This document shows, in pieces, positions 15,584-24,703 of a stretch of 64,000 bases of DNA (the first letter of the stretch is position 1; the number at the start of each line of letters is the position of its first letter). A model generated the notes under the pieces. That model was given only the letters and a program-made list of their open reading frames with translations, made no database searches and was not told the DNA's origin. Both the position numbers and the translations under genes were made by a program. The DNA lies in the sequence record MK250017.1; one strand, given 5' to 3'.

Positions 15584-15624
15584 AAAAAGACTGAAGGATT
15601 TTGCGATTATCCTTCAGTCTTTTT
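15584..15624. terminator. Bidirectional terminator between convergent genes
   Basis: AAAAAGACTGAAGGAT...ATCCTTCAGTCTTTTT perfect inverted repeat. Confidence 0.8.
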
Positions 15625-16320
15625 ACTTTCTTCAAATTTCTTTCTATATATTTCTTTTTTCCAGTCTTGTACTTTTAATGTAGTATCTTTAGTTGAAGTT
15701 TCACGTAAATCCATATTACTTTCATTATGAGATTGCTTTACTTCTTCATATGTAACTTGCTATGGTTCCTGATTTGTTATAGTTGGTTTTAATTTACGAT
15801 TAACTCCATTATCTTCAGCAATAAGGTCTTCATCCTCTTTATGTTGTAGATCAAGATATGTATCAATATAGTATTTTCTAAATTGATTTTGCATTTCATT
15901 AATCTACTTATTAAAATCTTTAGCAATAGACATTAATTTTGTATATGAATCAAATAATTTTGCAGATGTATCTCCTTTTGAAATTGTATCCATAATTACT
16001 TTAATCATAACATTATTCATGCTCTACTGATAGTAAAGTTGACCAAGCTAATCAGCATCCTATAATATTTTATCTTTAATAATAGGATTTTCCTAATATG
16101 CAGCAGGTACAATTGTATTAACAATCTATTTAACTGATTTTAAAGCTTTCGCAGTATCTGCAGACATTACTTCTTCATGTTCAACAACAAATATCGGATC
16201 CGGTTCTTGAAGCTCATCAGGAATATCTGTATCTATATCATTAGCATCATAATTTCCTGGTTGTGATGAAGCAGCTGCAGCTAAACTACCTAACTAACTC
16301 GCTATATCTTTTGCTTTCAT
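15607..16320 (-). CDS. 237-aa helical TAG-recoded protein; possible small terminase subunit (weak)
   Basis: Open frame with TAG=Gln (MKAKDIASQLG...); central helix SAKLFDSYTKLMSIAKDFNKQ loosely recalls gp16-type proteins; ORF well supported, function weak. Confidence 0.45.
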
Positions 16321-16341
16321 TTTTCTTTAATTAAATTATTT

Positions 16342-17439
16342 TTAAACTAATGTAGATATAAACTTTTGCATATTCTTATATGTATGTAAATATTTTGGAG
16401 CAATTTTTTTATATACATAATGCATGTAGTAATCATTAATAAATGCGCTTAATTTTGTTCCAAATGTTTTATAATCAACAGCATCTGTAAAATAGTTTAT
16501 ATAATTCTTATCAAATAAATCATTCATCTGTTTAATTGTTTTATCAGATGGATTACATTCATTTAATGTATTTGTTATATAATAAAATAATTTTATAGGA
16601 TCTTGTCCACATAATCCATTTATTGCTTGCGAATAATTACCGAATGTTTTATATACAATAGCATAACTGTAAATAAAACATGCATAATCATTATTATTCA
16701 ATGCAGGAGTTTCTATATATTTTAATATATCATCTTTAGTTGCATTTGGATTCTTTTTTGTATATACCATCATATTTTGAACAAATGAATGATACCATGC
16801 ATTTAATTCAGTTGGTTGTGAAACATAAAGAAAAGTTTTTAATGATTTATATGTTGTATCATTCTTTAATAATGCTTCTTTTATTTTTTCTTTAAATACT
16901 TGATTGTTAATATCAAATTCATCAGCTATTAATGTAATATGAAGTAATTCTTTTAATGGACCTCCAAATACGCCCATTATATTATCATAATAATGTCTAA
17001 GTTCATGATATACATATTCTTTAAGTTCATCTGTTAATTCTTCTTTATTACCTGTATAACCTTTAAAAGTATTATAGTTAATATAAATATAACCACAATT
17101 ATTTTTCTTTTTATCTACTGTAGAATCAACAGGTGAATAAAATGCGGCTTCATCATCATCAATAAATCCTTGAAATTTATAAGATGTATTAACTTTATCT
17201 GTATCTATATTAACTAATATAACTTTAATAAAACCTAATTTAGGATTATCTAAATCAAATGTAAATGTATGATAAAGAAAACCTTCAAGATCTTTCACAT
17301 TAGGTTTACCTTTTACTTCGTAATTAGTATCCCAATGAATATCAGGAGATGTCATAAATTCAACCATTGAATTTACAACATTATCTAAATTAAATTGTTT
17401 CTAATCGATATATCCTATTTTTTCTGTAATTGATTTCAT
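16342..17439 (-). CDS. Putative zinc metallopeptidase (HExxH), 365 aa
   Basis: HELRHYYD motif plus downstream PTELNAW glutamate; start extends through one TAG to MKSITEK. Confidence 0.6.
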
Positions 17440-17482
17440 AATAATTAACTTTATTTATAATGTATTTATTTCTATTAAAAAG

Positions 17483-17523
17483 AAAAGAGATAACAGAATA
17501 ATGTATAAACTGTTATCTCTTTT
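17483..17523. terminator. Intrinsic terminator-like hairpin
   Basis: AAAAGAGATAACAG...CTGTTATCTCTTTT. Confidence 0.75.
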
Positions 17524-17534
17524 ATATCGTATTA

Positions 17535-17912
17535 TTACTTCAATAATTTTAGATGTCTTACATAATTTTGAGGAATCTTATAACATGCAATTGCTGTTAT
17601 TTGATTATTCAAATCAGGTTCTTTGAATACACTCATTTCTTCATCTTTACTAATATATAATCTTCTTTTCATTTGATTAATGAAGTTATCAAGATCACAT
17701 GATAAGTAAACTACTGTATCATTTTGCCATTCACTATTTGGATGTTCAATCAGAAACTGCGCTATTGCATGTCCACCTTGAACTGCTCCATAAATAGGAA
17801 CTAATTTATTACTTACTAAAACATAAAGTTTTTTATTTGTTTCTAATTCATGTGGAACAAATTGTTTTTTTTTATTAATGATTTTTTTAATTATTAATTT
17901 TACTTTCCTCAT
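17535..17912 (-). CDS. Peptidyl-tRNA hydrolase type 2 (PTH2)-like protein
   Basis: LYVLV..L...YGAVQGGHA...W.N.TVVYL...F.EPDLNNQITAIA pattern of phage PTH2-like family. Confidence 0.7.
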   Translation of the reverse strand: MRKVKLIIKKIINKKKQFVPHELETNKKLYVLVSNKLVPIYGAVQGGHAIAQFLIEHPNSEWQNDTVVYLSCDLDNFINQMKRRLYISKDEEMSVFKEPDLNNQITAIACYKIPQNYVRHLKLLK

Positions 17913-18273
17913 AATTAGAAGCTTTATATTTTTTTATTAATTGCTGTATTCTCTTATAAAGATAATAATATTCATTAGTAAATGTTTGATATGAAAACAT
18001 ATAATGTTTTTTATATGTTTCATTACAGTATACTAAATATTTTTTTTGTTCATCTAAATTAAGATTATGTTTAACAATATAATATGCAACATTTATTGCA
18101 TGTATATCTTCTAATGTTTCTTCTAACTTAGATTTAGCATTACTTGTTTCTTCAAGATTATAATTTTCATCTTTTGATGATCTATTAGCAATTAATTTTA
18201 ATTCTTTTCTTTTTGCTATTTCAGATTTAAGATATTTCTTAAATTCAATTAAATTTTCATTAAGTGTTTTCAT
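17887..18273 (-). CDS. Hypothetical protein overlapping PTH2-like gene
   Basis: 128-aa ORF, HAINVAYYIVK motif; 26-nt overlap with downstream gene. Confidence 0.65.
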   Translation of the reverse strand: MKTLNENLIEFKKYLKSEIAKRKELKLIANRSSKDENYNLEETSNAKSKLEETLEDIHAINVAYYIVKHNLNLDEQKKYLVYCNETYKKHYMFSYQTFTNEYYYLYKRIQQLIKKYKASNYEESKINN

Positions 18274-18527
18274 TTTCTTCTTTAATTTGTTTTATTTTTA
18301 TAATAGTGTAATAATTATTTTAAATCAAAAATAAACAAATTAAAGGTGAACCTCTACTTAATGTAACTTACCAATGTTGAAGTTTCATAATTTTCTTTTT
18401 ATCATTTTTTAAAAAAATTAGTAGAATGATAGAATTTGATTCGCACAAATTTTCCTGTCTTTGAGATCTCTACACAGATTTTATCGATTATTAAACTACT
18501 ATCTCTACTTCTGTTTGCAAACCATTG

Positions 18528-18599
18528 TGCTCTATACAGGGATCGAACCCGTGATCTGGAAGTTTAAAATTTCCTGCTGTACCGCTTAGCTAATAGAGC
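18528..18599 (-). tRNA. tRNA with anticodon TTA (ochre suppressor)
   Basis: GCTCTAT acceptor pairs with ATAGAGC; D-arm GCT/AGC; anticodon stem GGAAA/CTTCC around loop TT-TTA-AA; T-arm ACGGG TTCGATC CCTGT; discriminator A, no encoded CCA. Confidence 0.85.
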
Positions 18600-18675
18600 A
18601 ATTAAAAATAATCATTACTTCTAATAAAATAATGTAATGATTATTTTATTTTTAAAAATTAAACACTGTTTATTA

Positions 18676-18855
18676 TTACTTTGTCTTTGAAGCCTCAATA
18701 GACTCCTTACGGAATGTCTTAAGCAACTTCTCAATTGCAAGAGAAGCCTTACGTGCACGCTGACCAGCTGCCTTATTACCCTTATCTGTCTGTGCAGTTG
18801 CATCTGCCTGGAAAGCTGCAAATGCCTCATTAATACTTGTCAAAATCTCATTCAT
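18676..18855 (-). CDS. Bacteroidetes histone H1-like small basic protein (59 aa)
   Basis: MNEILTSINEAFAAFQADATAQTDKGNKAAGQRARKASLAIEKLLKTFRKESIEASKTK; KGNKAAG.RARK.SL signature; high-expression codon bias; missed by track (<60 aa). Confidence 0.8.
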   Translation of the reverse strand: MNEILTSINEAFAAFQADATAQTDKGNKAAGQRARKASLAIEKLLKTFRKESIEASKTK

Positions 18856-19079
18856 AATTGTTTTCTTAAAATTAATTTTTATTTATGATTTTATTATTCT
18901 CCCATGTTTTGCTCCAATTTGCATCTGTTTTTAAATGTTGAAAACGAACATATTTGCCTACATTCTTATCAAAATCATTATAATTAAAACTATCTGCATT
19001 TCGTACTACAAAACCTTCAACTTCTTGTGATTTATGTAAATCACAATAATCAGAGAATGCTTTAATAATATTCTTAATA

Positions 19080-20566
19080 TTAAATAATTCACTTATAACA
19101 TATATAACTTTAATATTATATATGACATATATATGATTTGTCTGAAGTGAATCTAGAAAACTACAGATTAAACTAATCTATAGAAAGTCTATATTTAATT
19201 TTAGACTTTTTGAAGAAGTAATATAGTTCAATCAAATCCTTGTATGTAGGTTGTAAATTAAATTCTTCCAACGACTCAAGATACAACTTATTAAACATAC
19301 TCAAATTCGGTCTTATTATATTCTTTTTAATTTCTTTTGTTTTACTTATATATTGATTATAAAACTCATAACCACGCCTACCTATTTCTATTGATGCTAA
19401 TATCATATCAGGTAAATTTAATGAACGATATAGAAAATTACCAATAAAACTTGAATATTCTGGTTTAACTTTTAATAACTTAATATTATGAATATTACAA
19501 CGTTTAGTTAAATTATTCACAAATGTTGTTCTACACCATGAATTATTAACCAATTTATTAAAATATACACCTAAATCTTTATCTGAAGTTTTGATATTTA
19601 AATTCTCTATAGAAATAAGTTGACATTTATAATATATAGATTTATTAATTATATTCTTTACAATTTGTAAAGTCTCATAATTTCTCTTATCTGAAATATA
19701 TTTTCTTTCATTTGAATCAGATGAATATCCTTTATTCTTTAAATTAAAATCTTTATCATTCAATTTTTTAATTGAATAAATACCTGATTTGATAACATCA
19801 AATTCATTTTCAGATTTCCAATCAACAATAGACCATCCTATATAATTAGGATTTAAATCCAAAGATAGTACTCTATTTTTTATAAATTTAGTTTCATAAT
19901 TATAAACATCATTTTCTTCAAATATCACATAAATATATTCTAAATCTAATTTATATGCAATCTTTATTTCTTTTCTTTCTTGTTTCTAATATAGTTTAGA
20001 TAATATCTACTTTCTTTTATTTAATCCAATTAACCATAAATTTATTTTTGTATGTTTATTTGGTTTAAATATAATATTTTCTAAATCTTGTTCTATGTGA
20101 AATTTTCTATTTCCTTTAACTGATTTATTAACTATTTCACCTATTGAATATAAAGCCGATAATCTTTTCTACTTAAACTATTCTTTTGAAATATTGTTCT
20201 TTAATCTCTAAAAATAATTCTTCTTACTGCCAAATATAATTTTCTATTTCTTTGGTATATCATAGAAAGAACATTGAATAAACCAACTATCTAACAAATA
20301 TATATTGTTTAATGTTTTTATTTGTTGTTTTATATCTTTCTAAGATTTACCTTCCTATACTCTATTGTATACAAAATGCTGTACAGAACTATACTATTTC
20401 ATATAATTCCGTATAATATCTAATGATTGTTCATCCGTTCGATATTTAATCTTTAATACTTGCATTTTTAATTGTATATAATATTATATTCTTTTATTAT
20501 TTATCTGAATAATTTTAAAAAATAATAAATTCTTATAAAATATAAATTATAAGGTATTATTATATT
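19080..20566 (-). mobile_element. tnpB-only IS200/IS605-like element (element 2), no tnpA
   Basis: Boundaries defined by interruption of RNA ligase frame; carries a single TnpB-related ORF. Confidence 0.75.
19116..20465 (-). CDS. tnpB: TnpB-related RuvC nuclease lacking zinc finger (449 aa, 11 TAG codons)
   Basis: RuvC motifs SLDLNPNYIG, ISIENL, VKPEYSSFIGN, LPDMILASIEIGRRG; N-terminal 179 codons open only with TAG read-through. Confidence 0.75.
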
Positions 20567-20768
20567 TTATACACGCCTCTGTATATTTCGTCTACTATTT
20601 TGATATTATTTTTTTCACAAAATGAAACTGTTTTATCCCATGATAAACAATTATTTTTATCATCGTATATAGAAAAACATTGAAACAATTCATTCACATT
20701 TTTAAATGTATATGATATAGAATGTTTTGCCTGCATGTTTTCACCACATACTCGATAACCGTCAGGAA

Positions 20769-22137
20769 TTAAATAACAGTATGTTAAAACTTGAACAAAT
20801 TTGAACTTTGCTCTTTATTAACTTCTTGCTTCACTCTATCACTACTTTTTAGGTTCATTTCTGAACGGTCATCCATAGTTGGATAGTCCACAAGCTTAAA
20901 TTCGGGTGTACTGCACCCTATTATTCTTAAACCTTCATCAAGTATATTTAGTGCTGCATTGTAATCTCTATTAATAAGTTTACCACAATTAGGACAGGTC
21001 CATTCTCTATCACTCAATTTTAATTTCTTAAAAATATAACCACAACAGTTACATGTTTTACTTGATGGATAAAATCTATCTACAAATACTATCTTTCTGT
21101 TATACCATCTTGCTTTATACTCTAATATTCTTCGGAATTCACCAAAATTCATTTCTAAAATACTTTCAGCAAGTTTATGGTTCTTAACCATACCTTTCAC
21201 ATTTAAGTCTTCCATACATATAACTTGGTTTTCGTCAATGAGTGAATTACTTACATAGTGAAGATAGTATTGTTTTCTATCATTTATTGTTTTATATACT
21301 TTAGCAAGTTTAATTCTTGCTTTATTTCTGTTGTTACTTCCTTTTTGTTTTCTTGAAAGTTGTTTTTGAAGTTTATTTAACTTAATTATCTCATTCTTTT
21401 TAAAATGTAAGTTATTGAATACTTCTCCTTCTGATGTGATGATAAAATCTTTTACACCAAGGTCAATACCTACACAATTATCACTATCTTGTAATCCTTT
21501 ATGTATTAAATCACCATCAACCAATATTGACAAATAATATTCACCGCAAGGTAGTTTAGATAATGTTGCTTGTCTAATATTATCATGATGTTTTTGTAAA
21601 TATTGTACATATTTTTTATTACATCTGAACTTAATATTCTTTATATTAGCAAGAGATAACTAATATGTTGTATAATCATTCTTTCTTGAGATGGTACCGA
21701 TTTCAAATCTACAGCTTTGTTTGTTATCATGTTTTGATTTGAATTTTGGATACCCTGTATGTTGTTTAAAGAAACGTTTATATGCATCTAACATATCCAT
21801 TATAGATTGTTTAAGAACTTTTGTATTCTGTTCTCTGAGCCATATAAAATTATCATCTTTCAATAGTTCATGATGAAACCAATAACTGAGTGTAGATCTG
21901 TTTTCAGAAATATTATGTTCTTTATATTGATTTATTTTTCGAGCAAGTGTTTGATTATATACAAAACGACAACAACCAAGCAACTTATTAATTTGTGTTG
22001 CTTGTTCCATATTTGGGTATAATCTTATTTTTATTGCTCTTAACATAATTTATTTTTTTGTTTATTTCTTTTTTCTCTTATTTATTTAAATAATTTTTAT
22101 AAAAATGTACAATATTGTTCAAATTATTTATTTACTA
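20769..22137 (-). mobile_element. tnpB-only IS605/IS1341-like element (element 1), no tnpA
   Basis: Interrupts RNA ligase; flanked by direct repeat TGTTATTTAAT (minus strand). Confidence 0.8.
20784..22046 (-). CDS. tnpB: RNA-guided endonuclease TnpB (420 aa, one internal TAG)
   Basis: MLRAIKIRLYP HTH, GIDLGVKD, EDLNVKGM, FYPSSKTCNCCG/WTCPNCG zinc finger, RDYNAALNI; two track ORFs joined across TAG at 21662-21660. Confidence 0.9.
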
Positions 22138-22392
22138 TTAAATAACACCAATTTTGAATTATATATTTAACTTTTGATTGTCATGGATATGAACTTCCAT
22201 CTATAGATCTTGCATGAATATATCCGTCATTATATACAGTACAATTTTCACCATCCATTTTAACAGTAACTACAACTTCTTTAAACTTATTAAAATGCTC
22301 ATCAGATTTAAGTTTCTTATCATCATCTGTCGCATTAGGTGAGCATGGAAGATGAAATGTACGCGGATATTTTATATAAGTATTATCCATAA

Positions 22393-22596
22393 TTAATTAA
22401 ATATAACTTCACACATATCAACATTTACAATTGAATCATCATCTTCAAAAATAAATGCATCTTTATATGTAGGATCATTTTCATTTTTAATTATACCTAT
22501 AGCTTTATTTACTTTCTTACAAGATTTAAATGGTTTTCCAGATTTCTTTTTTACTTTAAAAGGAAATTCTAAAAGTACACTACTATTTGTTGCCAT
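22393..22596 (-). CDS. Small phage hypothetical protein (67 aa)
   Basis: ORF with KKSGKPFKS motif directly downstream of a TATCTTTG promoter. Confidence 0.6.
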   Translation of the reverse strand: MATNSSVLLEFPFKVKKKSGKPFKSCKKVNKAIGIIKNENDPTYKDAFIFEDDDSIVNVDMCEVIFN

Positions 22597-22639
22597 ATTT
22601 TATAAAAATTAAAAATGTATCTTCATATTAATTATTATA

Positions 22640-22647
22640 CAAAGATA
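22640..22647 (-). promoter_or_regulatory. Bacteroidetes-type -7 promoter element TATCTTTG
   Basis: Matches TAnnTTTG consensus; one of seven TGTATCTTTG copies found in intergenic positions. Confidence 0.65.
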
Positions 22648-22671
22648 CATAAAAATATTTTTATATGAAAA

Positions 22672-23646
22672 TTATTGATGTAAAATAATTTGCAATTTAA
22701 ATACAAGTCCTAATAATGTCACAAACTTATCAATAGATGTTGCAAGCATAGAATTATATTCTGCTGTTGCAATAAGAATAAGTGGAAGTTTATTTCCAAA
22801 TTGTGGACATGTTGTTAAAATAAAATCAGGAAAATCTTTACCGATTGCAAGAACTGCATCATCTGCACGTGTAGACCAATCAGCAACAAGTTTCTTATAA
22901 TTATTTACAGGATCTGGTTTATCTATAATAAGTTTAAAAAGATCTGAACAATCATATGTATTTGATAACATATCAGCTGATAATTCTTTTGCCCCTCTTG
23001 TATAAAGATTCTGAATCTTATTTAAAAGTGAACGCATATCAGGAAATGAACTTCTAACAAATGATGTTACTGTTTCATCTGTATATTGAATATTAAATTT
23101 TGTTAATATATATTTAATACGCTCAAGATAACCATTAAACAAATAAGTTTCTTCTTCTTTAGTAACAGGATCTATTGCTACAAGATTAAATCTAGATTGA
23201 ATAGGTTCTGGTACTTTATCAATATAATTACAGTTTGCAATAAATCTTACAGTTTTATGATATTTCTCAATAGTAGCACGAAGAGCTTTCCATGCTTCAA
23301 GTGAAAGTCCGTCACACTCTTCAAGAACAATAACCTTTAATTTTTCTTCACCAGAAAACAATGAAGATTGTGAAGCAAATGCGATAACTTTATCTCTAAT
23401 TGTATCAATACCATTTTCAAGTGATGCATTAATTTCCAAAACTGTATAACCCTTTGATAATATGCGAGTTAATGTTGACTTACCAGCACCAGGAGATCCA
23501 GCAAATAAAATATTATTTGTTAATCCATGTTGAAGGACTTCTCTAATTCGTGGTACAATAATTGCTTGATCCAATGTTTGTGGTCGTAACATTTCAGTAA
23601 ACAACTTCTGTGTTACATGAGTCTGTGTTGTATTATTATTTTCCAT
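22672..23646 (-). CDS. Clamp loader small subunit (RFC / T4 gp44-like AAA+ ATPase)
   Basis: RPQTLD, Walker A GSPGAGKST, INAS, Walker B LEECD, SRF, PDMR motifs. Confidence 0.9.
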   Translation of the reverse strand: MENNNTTQTHVTQKLFTEMLRPQTLDQAIIVPRIREVLQHGLTNNILFAGSPGAGKSTLTRILSKGYTVLEINASLENGIDTIRDKVIAFASQSSLFSGEEKLKVIVLEECDGLSLEAWKALRATIEKYHKTVRFIANCNYIDKVPEPIQSRFNLVAIDPVTKEEETYLFNGYLERIKYILTKFNIQYTDETVTSFVRSSFPDMRSLLNKIQNLYTRGAKELSADMLSNTYDCSDLFKLIIDKPDPVNNYKKLVADWSTRADDAVLAIGKDFPDFILTTCPQFGNKLPLILIATAEYNSMLATSIDKFVTLLGLVFKLQIILHQ

Positions 23647-23824
23647 ATATTATAGTAATTAAAATATACCTTATTTAAATTTTATACTATAAAAATATAA
23701 AAATGTCTTAATCAATTTATATATGTATTACTATATAAAAATAGAGAATTATATAATATTACTACTATATAATTCTCTCTTAAATTAAAATATATATTTA
23801 TGAAATTATGGAATTTTGTAAAAA

Positions 23825-24646
23825 TTACTTTTCACCAAGAGCTTTCTTTACCTCTGGATCTTCATCTGCTGCTGAAGCGGTAATAGCTTCATGGAATTCA
23901 ATAAATTCTTCAATATCAGAAATCTTCAAATTCATCTTCAAACCAGCATATGCAAGATTTACACGTTCCTTCAAAATAGTCAACTTCTTATCAATATTAG
24001 AAAGTTGCTTTACTTCAAGATTAATCTTCTCAAGAATACCACTATAAGTTACAGGAATATCTTCCTCAAATGCCTTTCCTGTTTCCTCATTATAATTCTC
24101 AAACTTCGCCATCTTTCTTGCGGTTTCAATTCCTGTACCCTTAGGATCACCCATACTCTGATACAAGAAAATCAATGTAGAATAATCGATTTCAAAATCT
24201 TTATCTTTATCAGCTTCAAGTTCTGTAATAATCTTATTAATTACCTTATCAAACTGAATCAAACCACGCCATGATCCTTTTTCCCATGTATTAAACTCTG
24301 CATTCCAATTCTTAAGGAATGTTGCAGTTGTTAATGCAAGTCCATCATCATGTGTTGCAATCAAATACTTCTTATTTTTATTCTCTTCAAGGCATGTTTC
24401 AAAATCTTTCTTTGCTGCTGCAATATCATCATCAGTTGCATTTACTGGATCAATTTCTGCCCATTTAGAAAATTTCTTATTAAATTCTGCACGAACAGTT
24501 GCACGTGCATATTCTTTCTGTTCTTCTGACATCTCAGGAATACCAGCCTTTGTAAGTTCATCTTCCTGCTTTACTGGAAGTTTCTTTGTATCTTTAACTT
24601 CATCAAGCTTTGCTCCCTATTCAACTGTAATCTTTTTCTTTGCCAT
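23825..24646 (-). CDS. 273-aa hypothetical protein, highly expressed codon bias
   Basis: Track ORF extends upstream through a single TAG (codon 10) to MAKKKITVEQ. Confidence 0.75.
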
Positions 24647-24703
24647 TTTTGACTTAATTTACATGATTTTTTTATTATTAAATATTATATTACATAATAA
24701 TTT

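Larger units (their letters stand above)
18872..22390 (-). pseudogene. RNA ligase (Rnl2-like nucleotidyltransferase) split into three segments by two tnpB elements
   Basis: Segments 22390-22138 (KYPRTFHLP, KMDGEN), 20768-20567 (RVCGENMQAKHSI, FSIY, LSWD) and 19079-18872 (EGFVVR, KYVR) join in frame to 220 codons plus stop; also a premature TGA at 22183-22181. Confidence 0.85.

Noticed and set aside
18528-18599. Reading the tRNA as Lys(TTT) or Leu(TAA)
   Set aside because: Shifting the loop register by one base destroys anticodon-stem pairing; only TTA fits a 5-bp stem with 7-nt loop
19080-22137. IStron (group I intron plus tnpB) explanation for the RNA ligase inserts
   Set aside because: Only about 90-100 nt of very AT-rich sequence precede each tnpB, too little for a group I core, and the ligase also carries a premature TGA
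22181-22183. TGA recoding to Trp
   Set aside because: Only one in-frame TGA seen, in an already disrupted gene; TGA ends many intact genes (1896, 6243, 10156, 32218, 32803, 45298)
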